Part shown: piece by piece, positions 23,301-34,679 of the stretch
Layout: each line of letters begins with the position of its first letter
Numbering within the stretch: the first letter of the stretch is position 1
Assembly (NCBI GenBank): GCA_964035545.1
Contig: OZ037770.1
Coordinates: forward strand, 15,056,642 to 15,120,641
Direction: 5' to 3'
DNA length: 64,000 nucleotides
Source: Bugula neritina
Taxonomy: Eukaryota > Animalia > Bryozoa
Notes under the pieces: generated by a model
The model's input: the letters and a program-made list of their open reading frames with translations, nothing else
The model's database searches: none
Told to the model about the DNA's origin: nothing
Position numbers and translations under genes: made by a program

Positions 23301-26300
23301 ATGTAGCTTGATGTGAAAACATCATGCTTGTCCTATTAGGGAAACCACAGCAACCTGGGTACAACTTTCTACTTCGCTTTTGTCCAAATATTCTCTGCGT
23401 TTAACCTTCAAGAGACAACTTGTGTGCTCTTCCATGAGCTGTAGAAAACTGACCTATCTTTTCCATTCACACCAAATCAAGAAATGCATAGCCATGCTAG
23501 GTGGACAAATAACCTTGAGAATTCTTTATAACTTGTGTTGAATAGATTGTCAAGTCATACTTGATAAGCTGAATTCAGTTTTATATGAATTGCTGCTAAT
23601 AAACCAGAGCTGATAATGTGAAAATGTTTGTTATTAAAACTTACGCAAATAAGCTTATAATACTGTCTGTAGCTGCAGTTTGGCAATAAGGAAATGCGTT
23701 GGCCATCAATTTATGATTGATCATTTCCACCATTAAATAATGACCAACATCTAAAATTCATCTTCTGTAATAACATAAGAAAACACATCATTTTCAAAAA
23801 TTTAAGCCAATATTTCTGTTTGACTGCACAACAAATAAAGTGTTTTTGTCAAATAATCGTAGCATCTTAAAAATTGTGGACTTGGCCAAGAACACCATAT
23901 CATTTTGACAAAATGACTCATTCGTGTGATTCCGTTGTTTGTATTTCATAAAATATTTACCTGTAAAATGTTTTCATTGTTTACATTACTTTTGCTGGAA
24001 ATGATCAGTTATCTGTGTTTGTAGAATAACTGGAAGCCAAGGAGAGATGAGAACAACCCAAAGACCATAGCAGAAGTTCACGCCGAAGCTGCCCTTGAAG
24101 CACATGAAACACAAGCTATGCTGGAGAAGTCCCACATAACTGGGCGTGGTAGTCAGAGTAGAAACCCGCCTCCTTCACGGTTAGATTCTATTCCTTTGCC
24201 TACAATTCTATCTCCAGGGTGTGTTTTGTGCAGCTGGCTAATTTCTGTTATTGTGTTGCCATAGAAACAACCGGCGAGACGAGGATTCAGGTGGTTCCGG
24301 CTGGAGCACAGTTCCCGTCATGAAGACGCAGCGCATCGACCCGACTAAACTTCGACTCAGCAAACAGTCGGAAACCATTCAGCTGGGGCCCTCCAGGGGG
24401 TTGAGTGGCTCCTGGTCCAGGGGCAGCGCCGGCTCTGGTAAAAACACTCCCCCTCAGCAGCAGGAGGAGAGACCAAACACACCAACCAACAGATTCTCTG
24501 TGAGTAAATCTCTTCCTTCTGTCACATCTCTGCTCTCACTCATATCGTTTCTTTATACATTGTGACATCTCAAACTGCACTGGTGGGTCGGAAACATCAT
24601 TTCACGTCTGCTACCAACTATGTTTTGTAGATGCCCCGTGTAAGTTAACTCTTGCAGTGTAAGTTAGCCTTGGCAGTGTAAGTTAGCCTCTGCCGTCACT
24701 GTAATATGCACCTATGAGTTAAGATCCTTGGCCACTGGCACCTACATGGCCTGACCAGATCACTTTGTGTGTGCATAGCCTACTGAAATCATTGCTACTT
24801 TGTGGTCTTCCATAACCCTTGCCAGCTATTTTGATTTATGCTCTTTGTGATGTGGAAAGTTATTCCTTTATTCCATGTTCTGCACATTCTCACCCTAATA
24901 TTTTAATAGAATTTTGCTACTTCTAAGACTTAACAGCAATCACTGGCAGCTTTTCTAAGCACGTAGCGTTTCCATGGCGATGGTGTTTGTTGTAATAACT
25001 TGGCAGTGTGTCATTAGCTTGTCTAACAGTTTCACAGAAAGTGTGTCGCCATTTCTCACCTGGCAGCTGGTCTTGTAGGCTCTCAGAGATGGCAGCTCAG
25101 AGTTCAAAGAGGAGAGGAGCAGCTCGGCTCAGCGGATGCCCCCTGCAGGGCGAGGGCGCGGCATGCCTCGAGCTGGCAGCGCTAGAATGGGCAGCACACC
25201 CCGGGGCTCCATGGAGAAGGAGAGGTAGAGAGTCTTACTGCCTATTCTATAGTTGTTGAGGTCAACATGTGTGCTAGCTAATCATCACATGATTAAGTGT
25301 TGACTCTCTACAGTTAGTTTAATGTCATGTCTTGGTATCATTAATCATACTTAATAAACCAACGTTTTCCTCGGGTACCTCTAGAAAAATGTTTACTCTA
25401 TCCACATGTATAACAAGTTCTGTTCTCAGGTCCAATGCTGTGGCTGCCGTGCGACAGATCTCCAGGTCTAGCGGCTCCAGGGGTCCATCCCGAGAGAACA
25501 GCGTGGAGGGTCGTCGTAATGTACCCCCCTCTGCCAAACCAGACAGTAGTCGTAGACCCAGCGACGTGCCTGGTAAAGTTCCAGTTGCTGTCAAACAGCT
25601 GTCCCGTGACGAGTGGGAAACTAAGATGAAGGGCATAGTGGAGGAGTTCTTGAACAACCGAGACGTCAAGGTGAGCTGAGCTGAGCAGCAGATGGATTTT
25701 AGGCTTGAGTTGAGCCTTTGGTTAGTCTCCTTTGATGAGCCATTAAATGGAGGGCATTAGATTAGCTTTGCTCAACTGATGGGCTAATCTCTGTACAAAT
25801 TCTCCATACTCTACTTCAGCTACTTTACCTAATCCCATTTAAAATTTAATGTTTGAGATGAAGATGTTTTATGTGTCTCTAATATATTCCTGTAGGAGAT
25901 GATGGAATGTATCAAAGAACTTGATGCCCAGTCCAACAAGAACCTTATCACTGAGTGCTCAATAAACCACGTACTGGAGAAATCAGACTCTGCCAGAAAA
26001 GCTGTTGGTAACATGCTGGCTGAGCTCATCAAACACGAACTTTTACCTTTAGATCTGCACCTGAAAGGTGTGGCAGCTGTGTTGGAGTTTGCCGAGGACT
26101 TGGCCATAGACATCCCGAATGTGTGGAAGTATTTAGGACAGTTAATAGCGCCCATGTTCACAGTTGCTTCCATCCCTCTGTCCAAACTAGAGCCAGTCTG
26201 TACTCCTCTGTTAGATATAGGAAAGTCAGCCACACTGGCAGCTGAAATCCTAAAGGAAGCTAGTCATAACTCAGTAAGTGCCATTCTCTTACGTTGCAGT

Positions 26301-27673
26301 AATCAGTAGAAGTACGTTCATTTTGCCAAATACTTGTCCTCTTACCATCTGGCTTCTTAGAGATTTTAAGTTGTTTTATTTTCTAGAATCCGCCAGATGT
26401 TGGTAAACGGTGGAGCGACAGTGGCCTGACTTGGTCAACTTTCCTGTCATCAGGAGAGGATCTAGATGAATTTATTAAATCTAATGTAAGTCTCCCTGTT
26501 CCTACCCAACCCAACTAGATCACGTGTATGTCTGCTTCTATCTTCTTGTCTACAGTCTGGTGTCTTGAACTCTAATGATGGGAAGATAATGAATTTTGCA
26601 TCTTCTCGATGTGCGCTGTAAGAGATGGTGAAATGCGTGTCTGTCAAGGTTACAGAGTTGTTCCTCTGTCTCTTACAGAAACTAGAATACACGTTAGGTG
26701 ACAGTCCGGCCACGTCTTCCAGTAGTCCCGTCAGTCAAGATTTGTTTTCCATCATTGGTCCTCTACTACTAAATAGCGAAACGAAGTCTAATGACCAAAT
26801 CTTTGATAAGATCAATGCCAGCATACCAGAGGCTCTGCGTGAAGAGCAGTCTTTTATCAAGTCTCTAACTACTTGTGTGGCCAAGTCGTGTATTGGTTAG
26901 TATTACTCTAACTACTTGTGGCCAAGTCATGTATTGGTTAGTATTACTCTAATTACTTGTGTGGTCAAGTCATGTATTGGTTAGTATTACTCTAATTACT
27001 TGTGTGGTCAAGTCGTGTATTGGTTAGTATTACTCTAGCTACTTGTGTGGCCAAGTCGTGTATTACTCTAGCTACTTGTGTGGCTAAGTCTTGTATTACT
27101 CTAACTACTTGTGTTACAGAAAATGGAAAGTTTGTGGAGGGAATATTCAAGAACAGGAGTGCAGTATTAACAAAGTACCTGGACAATAGAGTGGAGAGAG
27201 AAGAGTCTGCCCTGATAGCCTTAGAGGAACTCATGGATGAACTGGAACATCCTGCTGGTATGTTGTTTATTTTAGTGACTTTCAGTGGTGAATTGAAACC
27301 CCTACACTACCCCTGCCTTCTGCATTGATATGGTGTGTTCCTTAGATGAAGTTAGTATGGTGTGGTATTGACTGAAACTGGTAGTTTCACAATATGTTTT
27401 TATGTTTACTAATAGCAATAAAAAGGGTGTTAGTGATGAGTTTACTTGTAGTGAATGGTTAGTTGAGCAGCTGTTAGGATTTGTAACTATGGAAGATTTC
27501 CTCTTTACTTTGCAGGTTTACTGAGTGACTTTTGCTACGCCTTCTCGGACGATGATTTAGTGTCTGACGAATCATTCTTCTCGTGGGAGAAAAACAGCAA
27601 AAGTGGAATAGCTGTCAAATCTGTTAGTGCCTTCTTCAAGTGGCTAAGAGAAGATAATGATAACACCCAGTGA
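2400..27673 (+). CDS. eIF4G: Eukaryotic translation initiation factor 4 gamma (eIF4G1/3-type), about 1541 aa, 24 coding exons
   Basis: Phase-consistent GT-AG exons: 2400-2429, 3215-3340, 7601-7706, 9047-9363, 9595-9792, 10560-10733, 10873-11130, 11378-11677, 12354-12630, 12872-13068, 13602-13859, 13971-14096, 14664-14890, 16288-16444, 16627-16734, 24025-24179, 24265-24499, 25079-25224, 25430-25670, 25896-26273, 26387-26485, 26679-26895, 27120-27257, 27516-27673. Motifs: Q/P-rich N-terminus; PABP-binding [13 protein letters not shown]; eIF4E motif YNRDFLI (12889-12909); MIF4G ([54 protein letters not shown]); MA3 ([13 protein letters not shown]); W2 ending FFKWLRE. Confidence 0.93.
4375..4645. 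repeat. (ACT)n-based low-complexity repeat
   Basis: Runs of ACTACTACTAGT, including a repeated higher-order unit. It produces the spurious poly-Val ORF at 4310-4669. Confidence 0.85.
5353..6142. mobile_element. Non-autonomous DNA transposon (MITE), PIF/Harbinger-like
   Basis: 21-nt imperfect TIRs: TGCCCATGACACACTACAGTC on the left, and TGGGGCTGCCACACTACAGTC as the reverse complement of the right end. TAA flanks both sides (5350-5352, 6143-6145). No coding capacity. Confidence 0.65.
6936..7309. mobile_element. MITE with ~40-nt terminal inverted repeats
   Basis: The left end AAGGCCTGGCTTCACACTCGTAAGAATCACACGAAATCGT matches the reverse complement of the right end (AAGGCCTGGCCACACACTCGTGAGAATTACATGAAATCGT). 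TA flanks both sides. Confidence 0.8.
7727..7858. repeat. Intronic minisatellite, 14-16-nt unit TATACTTACCTCTG
   Basis: About 8 degenerate copies starting 20 nt after the donor at 7707. Confidence 0.85.
9809..10552. repeat. Intronic minisatellite, 23-nt unit TACTAGTTCTCATGTACTTAC(C/T)C, about 32 copies
   Basis: Directly visible. It fills almost all of intron 9793-10559. Confidence 0.95.
11684..12139. repeat. Low-complexity CTCTA/CTCTACA repeat
   Basis: Starts just after the donor at 11678 and generates STLYSTL-type spurious ORFs. Confidence 0.95.
15474..15764. mobile_element. MITE with TA flanks, Tc1/mariner-like
   Basis: Left end TA-CAGGCTCTACCAACAAACAC versus reverse complement of the right end TA-GAGACCCTCCCAACAAACAC. 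Confidence 0.55.
17904..18773 (-). CDS. CD225/dispanin-family membrane protein (IFITM/PRRT-like), about 238 aa, nested in an eIF4G intron
   Basis: Exons 18773-18645 ([10 protein letters not shown]...DMTDK, donor GTGAGA) and 18491-17904. CD225 pattern [26 protein letters not shown]...[17 protein letters not shown] followed by a hydrophobic helix. AATAAA on the minus strand at 17621-17616. Confidence 0.8.
20637..22371 (-). CDS. CD225/dispanin-family protein with long Ser/Thr mucin-like C-terminal tail, about 548 aa, nested in an eIF4G intron
   Basis: Exons 22371-22204 ([10 protein letters not shown]...VFVGQQ) and 22115-20637. [26 protein letters not shown]...[14 protein letters not shown], then a TM helix and ~400 aa rich in S/T. 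AATAAA on the minus strand near 20516-20511. Confidence 0.85.
26863..27113. repeat. Tandem ~43-nt copies of the eIF4G exon end plus donor
   Basis: Unit CTCTAACTACTTGTGTGGCCAAGTCGTGTATTGGTTAGTATTA begins inside exon 26679-26895 and makes up intron 26896-27119. Confidence 0.9.
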
Positions 27674-28323
27674 TTGGACTTTCTGGGTCTCTACAAACAT
27701 GTGACACTCATTCCTATTGGCTGGATTCAGTCACAAGCTTACCTATTGGCTTACGGTGACAAAACAATAGCGACTGGTGCTACACCCTACCATATGCATA
27801 TAATACAGGCTCATCTCCAGCTCTCCGTGACCTTCACTTTAATCTTGTTGAATACAGCTCATGGCATTATACACACTCTACTAGTTTACCAGATGTTATA
27901 TTTATATTGACATGTCCAGCTACCTACAGCTAGAATTGTCCCCCTTGGTTTCTCCAGGTAACTCAATCTACCACATTTATTATCACTAGACGTCTGCCAC
28001 TCCTCGACTCTCTGCGTCAACATCACATGACAAATGGCCGAGTACAAGAGCCACCTCGTACTGCAGATTGTTTTTCGGGATGTGTGTGAATATTTATTTT
28101 CCTCCTAAGTGAATCATCGTCACACAACCCTCTCCGTCGTTGCGTCTTGATATTTATTATTATATAAACGACATTTATAATCTTTATGTTATCATCAGCA
28201 ATAACCGTATCTCTGTGTTGCTGCCCAGTTTTATTCTACTGTTATTCTGATCACAAGTGTTTTGATGCATATATTGTTACTTTCTAGAAAATATTATGAA
28301 ATATCCACAAAAAGCAAATAAGA

Positions 28324-28329
28324 AATAAA
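28324..28329 (+). other. Candidate polyadenylation signal of eIF4G
   Basis: AATAAA (overlapping pair) about 650 nt after the stop codon, followed by U-rich sequence. Confidence 0.45.
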
Positions 28330-30300
28330 TAAATGGTTTATAAAAGTCCTGGAATTCTTACTGTATATATTTGATTTGTAATATAAAATATAAATTTGTA
28401 CAAAAAGGCAAAGTTTGTGCTCTTTAACAGGTCAAGTCGAATACTTCTTGACTCCAAGTCCAATTTATGTGGCCAATGCATATGGGTTGATGCAGATTGG
28501 GTGGATGAATTTGTGGTTGTAGTTTTCAGAGTTTTCTAAGTTTATTAGCACAAGTTTGGAACATAGTTCTATCACTGCTTTCTTTCAGTTTGATTCGGAT
28601 TGAGATGTGGTTTCTGGTAATATATGTTCCTGTTGGTAAGATTACTATAATAGTTTAACACTGTTGGTTTAGCTAAGAGTGTACAGTAACTGTACTGTTG
28701 GTTTAACTAAGAGTGTACAGTAACTGGTACTGTTAGTTTAGCTAAGAGCGTACAGTAACTGTACTGTTAGTGTTGCCAGTCACTGCCTTAAGTAGAATGA
28801 TAGGTTTTTAAAAACTATGAAGCAGCTAGTTTGGCCCACTACCTATGAAATAAGTTTGCCAAACGAACCAGTAATTGTTTTACTCTTTCCTTTGGTGGCA
28901 ACTTTGGGCTTATGTTATTTGCTTTTTCATTTTTCAAATAATAGTATGTAAATTGCACTCTGATTTTTCTATTGACTGCACTTGGTTGAGGAGACACAGG
29001 ACTCAACTGAATTATACAATATTCCGCAGACTTATTCCAGGGTAATTACTTGAGGTTTGGAAGTGCTTGTTAATTTAGTGCAACAGTCATACTTGGCTCA
29101 TTTGATATTCGTTCCTATCTCTAGGGCTTCTACTGCAAGCACCTGCATTTAGTGTCGCTGGAACAAGTTGCCCTATGCATTTACTGACACTACTAGACAA
29201 GTGCTTGCATAGCAGAAAAGGATGTTGAGCTTTACCTCAATTTTAATCCTAATAATTATCCTAATAGGTTTAACTAAGATGAATTGGCATATTTAGATTT
29301 TAATAGATCATGTTAATCCCCCTTTTCCTCATAAAACTACATAAACATATGATTAATGATTCACGTTGGCTAGAATTTACCATCTTCTTTAGTTCTTAAG
29401 GCACCCAACTATATCTTCTCTAGGAAAACTTTAATTTGCTGGAATTCCCATTATAATGAATGTGGCCAACATTGCCTCAGTGCCTGTGTGTTTAGTACAC
29501 CTCCGTGGTTTCTGAATACAATTGTAGTAACTTTTATTCTAGAGCCTTCCTGTGGGCTGGTATCTAACATCGAAGGTTATTCTCGTAACTTATTCTGAAT
29601 TTTGATTGAAATTTTAGTGTGAGAGAGTTATAAGATAGACGCTTTCCACTTGGATGCTATTTTTTCTTTTGATACAATTACATATAGTAACATACCTGTA
29701 TAAATGCTGCATTGATTACTAAATAGCTATAGCTAATAGCTATATAATAGCTATAATAGCTAATATAAATTTTCATAGATATGTGTATGGGAAAACAATC
29801 AGTAATACATTAGTAATAGATATTATCTTTAATGAATACTTATTAACAAAATATTTTTTCAAACAACAAGAAGTATAGAAAATGCAAAATTAATGGTGTT
29901 GATGCATATTAAAGAAATTTATTTATGTACTAAATAACAAACAATTGATCCAAGTTTATTTAAACGTACATATATTTCAACAATATTGAAACAAATTGCA
30001 CATAGAATATATATTGTACCAAAATAAATAAATAGCGTCCAACTGGAAAACGTCCATGTGGGATGACACCAGTAAGACACCACTCAATTGGCAGCTTACA
30101 CATTGTAGTCTGATTGGTTGGATTTTGCAAGTAGACATCAAGATTATCTCTATCCAATATCTAGTATGCTACCACTAGAAATAATGAAATTATAAGCTCC
30201 ATTCAAAGTCTTCAATCTGTAAGAAACAGCTCAGTGTAGGGAGAGTAACCCGTTTCGACACCGCCATTCCTATAGCAGATGTCTGCATGGAAATATCTCT

Positions 30301-30396
30301 TAGTGTTGAGTTTACCACAGTAGTCCCTGTGGTGCAATGATTAGTGTGTGCCTGCTCGCAAACCAGAGGTCTCGGGTTCAAATCCCAGTGGGGCAA
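30301..30396 (+). mobile_element. tRNA(Ala)-like SINE head or tRNA pseudogene, family 1
   Basis: GTCCCTGTGGTGCAATGATTAGTG...GGTCTCGGGTTCAAATCCCAGTGGGGCA. Homologous to 291-383 including the leader; CGC loop; stems degenerate. Confidence 0.7.
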
Positions 30397-33300
30397 AAGT
30401 TTTATTGCGCCATATTTACTCTCAACCTTGTTTAGTCACCAAGAACTGTTGATAATACACTATAGCCCTTGCTCTAACTGCTTCAATATAGCACAGGTAG
30501 GGGCTTAGCTCACCCGGCCTATAGTCTATAACCACTTATAATCTGTACTCTATAGCAATTTCCACATTGCATGAGTTATGGTTATAATCCTGGAATTACA
30601 GCCATTATTCTAACTTGAGTTGCATTTTGTTGCCATGGTGATTTATACGGTAGAATATTCTAGAAACTTCAAACTGAAAAGTCTTAGCTTTTCTTATATA
30701 ACAGAAAACACCCATTTCTGGACTTGTTGTTTAAGTAGCACATATTGTAATGTTTTTCAACAGACCTAATCTTTCCTGTTACCATGTTTTTTTTGTAGTT
30801 TCCATGGTTACCAAGTACTATAAATTATTATGTTGTAATACACGAAAAAATATAGTTTGCTGTCTAATTAAATTATTACAAATGAAGCTTAATAAATTTG
30901 GTGCATTCTGTTTATATGAAGATATTCCTTATGTTATAATATAAAGGATTACCACATGTAGATGAATGTTATGACAAATTAACAAGCTAACTGATTCTTG
31001 CCACGTGTTTGTTAATAAGTAAACATGTTTATATTATTTACTCTCAGCTTTAGATTCATCATTAGTTACAACATTATGCTGCTTTTCTTCATGATAGTGA
31101 CCCTATTACTATGTTCATGTCTATTTAGAATAGTTGCATCATTTATCAACCAACATATAAATACTGCTGTCACAACCAGTGCTCTCCCAGGCAAGCTACG
31201 ATATTGTTAGAGCTTTACAGTTAAAATAATAACGCATTAGAATTATCAGATAAAGTTCTTGTGTTATATATACAAAGTTTACAACGCTGTGCTTTTAATC
31301 TGCCAACCCAGCCAGCTTTAAGACACTGTATTTGTAACTATTGGTGGAATATTACATATTTTCATCGCTAGATTGTTATTTCATTGAAAGCAGACCGCAG
31401 TGAAATTCCTAAGTGAGCCAAAGATTGTAATATAAATTATACGCACTTTGCTCCACCTAGAAAAGTGATTTACTAAGTCTGTATTATATTATGTAACAAC
31501 ATTATCGTATTATGTTATTGACATATCAATGTACTGCAGTGTTAAATTACTCCCACATTGTCATATAATATTATATATTTTAGTAATATTGTCATATAAT
31601 GATATCATATTAGTAATATGAAGTTGGTCAGTTACCAGCTGCAGCAGTACATAATAATATACTGTGTGTAGTTAGAAGGCATCAGTCACCCTACCAGGTC
31701 ATGGTTCAAGGTCATGACTCAATGTGAAAAACTTGATAAATTAATACATCACATAAATTGCAACCAATGAGCTAAGACTTTCTTATGGTTCAGTGATTGC
31801 AACTATAAACTATAAATAATAACACATAAAGACTATTCAAATATTACAGCTACAAACTGTGTCTGTCTGTCTGTTTGTCTGTCTGTTCACTTAACAGTGA
31901 AATACTTTAAAATATATTTTGCATTTCAAACTGCTTTGAATAACCTCAAGTGTAATTATACAAAAACTTGCCAAATTTTGTGGCAATCATTACACTTTAA
32001 GAGTAATATTATCTTATTAGTATAAATTCTATGTTACATAATGATTATTGTCTGCTGCATGATACTCGAAGTCTTTGATGTCTTCCAATTTGTCTTTGAT
32101 GAGTCACTCAAAAGCTGCCAGTAGCTGTATGAATATAACTGACACTTCACTGACATTCATTCTAAAGACATTAGCAAAGCTTTGTCTTTCTGGGTGTGGT
32201 TTCTGTCAAGATGCCAACTTACAGCTAATAGGTGCTTTAAGAACAAGAGAGATGGTGCCTATAAGCAATGGAGTGAGAGAAACCTTCAATAGAGCAAATT
32301 ACCTATACTTCTATATAATCAGTTCTTTAGTGCAAGAGGGAAACTTGTTAATTTATAGTTAATGTTTCCATATGTAATTCTATTTATAATGATATTCCTA
32401 GCCTTCTGTTTGCTGGAAGGTAACATAAATTAGGATTTATACCATACCTAATTTAATGCTCATTTATATGAAAATATGAAAAGATGATTGGAGTTATCTC
32501 TCCCATCTCTCTTTATGAGCCAATTTCACAAGTCTCAAATGGATGCAATACTCGTATACTTTCACTTTGGTAGCTTAGAATCTTACAGACAACAGTTATA
32601 AAAAAATCATTGGTTTGGTGATTTCTTCTTGTTCCGCATAAGTGAGCTATCTAATACATGAGCTACCCTAGCATTATCACGTAAGTAACTGTAAACTCAG
32701 GATTGAGGGTTACGTACAGAATATATTATAATTAATAAGTTTTATGCAAAATGGTAAAATGGCTACAATATAGGTGATGAATTCATATTCAACTTAATAA
32801 TTCCTATAACATAATAATTCATTTCAGTTTTCAATACTTTATTTTATTGAAAATTTGTTTTGGATATTACTATGGCTACTGGTGCAATATTCTGGAATAT
32901 TCCATTTCTCTATAATAATTCAGGTTTGCCCCCTTTTTCTGCCGTTTCTTTGTTTTTCAACCAGCTATTTTAAGTAAAGTCTAGTGCAACAGATTAGCTA
33001 AAATAAGAGTATATGGTAATGGATATTATCAAGAGCAAATAACTCACAAAGAAAGAACAACTCCTAATACTATATTCTCTTGAAGTTCACAAAGTTGACC
33101 TGCTGTAAAGATGCAGTAATGTAGGCCTACGTGTTGATTGCTTTTTAAATACAAAACAGTGCAATTTTCATCAGCTGTGTGCAAGATTTTAAATAGGAAA
33201 TAATTTGAAAGTTGATTTGAAATATTAAAATTGGGATCTTGCAAAGCTTCAAACTAAGTTCTAAGGCTATGCATGCCTTTCTAGAAGTTACATCATAGTT

Positions 33301-34280
33301 CTAACTATTGCTAAATAAATATTACAAGTATAAGTTCTGTGCCAAGTTACAGCTGGAAGCAAGAGCTTGTATATATAGCCGCATAAAGCTAACAGCTGTA
33401 GCTATCTTAATACATTAAACCCTAATGCTACATTACCTGCATGAATTATGTTTTATTTGAAAGAAGGGGCTGAGGTTGGAAAGTCTAGAGGCTAAGCCTA
33501 TACTACAAGCCTCTGAATAAGGTAAGACTGGATGAATATTTTTATATTTCATTGATTAAAGGGTTTATTATAACAAATTATGTGATTATTTACTAAGAAC
33601 AATGGTGGACTGTAGTTTTTGTATTTAATTATGTAATAAGAATCAACTTTGTCCTGTTCGGGTAGCAGGAGGTTCACTGATCATACTAAAGAGTGTTAAT
33701 TATAACTACAACTGTAAATAAACTTGTTGGAATTCAAGTTGCTTTTAGTTTTCTGACTTATAAAGTGTGTATACATCAGCGCAACATAATATAGGTTAAT
33801 TGAATTAAAATTCTCTTTCAGTGATATTTGTTGCCTAAACTGAAAGAGTTAAGGGTTGCTCACCTAGGAACTGAATCAATTATATTTATAGTGAATTTAT
33901 CTAGAGGGGGGGGGTAACCGGTATTGTACTGCAAGATGCATTTAATGAACTTGGGCCATAAATGTAGTCCTTATTTTGAACCATCAAATATAGAGGGGCG
34001 TGGGGCAGAGATAGCTTCTTACGACATCTTGTAAATACTTTAAATGAGCTTCTGTTTTCAATTTTCATGCCCAGTTATATTATAGGCAACATTTACACTG
34101 AATTTAGCAAGTGTTGGCATGTCTGTGATATGTAATAAGTCAATCAATCAATCAAAATCCTTAGTCTGTGAGATAAAGTATATTATCTGAATGTTAAAAT
34201 GGCTTTTAATTTTGTAGATATACCACGTGCCCTTCTGGTTGAGAAGTTTGTCCTCCCCCATAAAGCCTTCTACACTAGCT

Positions 34281-34592
34281 ATGGATTTTGAACTAATTTC
34301 AGAGGTGAAGCTTAAATGTTGATGCAATAACCATGTTTCATTATCCTATGTTTTGGCATAAACTAGTAATTCTATTCATGATAATATATAGCTTAAGATA
34401 TGCATTCATCAACACAATAATAATCTAATCGAAAAATCAAATTAGCATGTGGAGAGGAAATTCATTTTTACAAGTTAGTAGTCGTTAGTTGCATATTAGT
34501 AAAATGTTACAATGTTTAATTCTTTATCAACTAAACATAGATGTTGAGTGTTTATTTTACATATTATATATTCATACTACTTGCATCTATTG

Positions 34593-34679
<87 letters not shown>

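Noticed and set aside
32872-32975. Possible upstream coding exon of the eIF4G paralog
   Set aside because: No phase-compatible donor from this ATG and no similarity to eIF4G. The true start remains unresolved.
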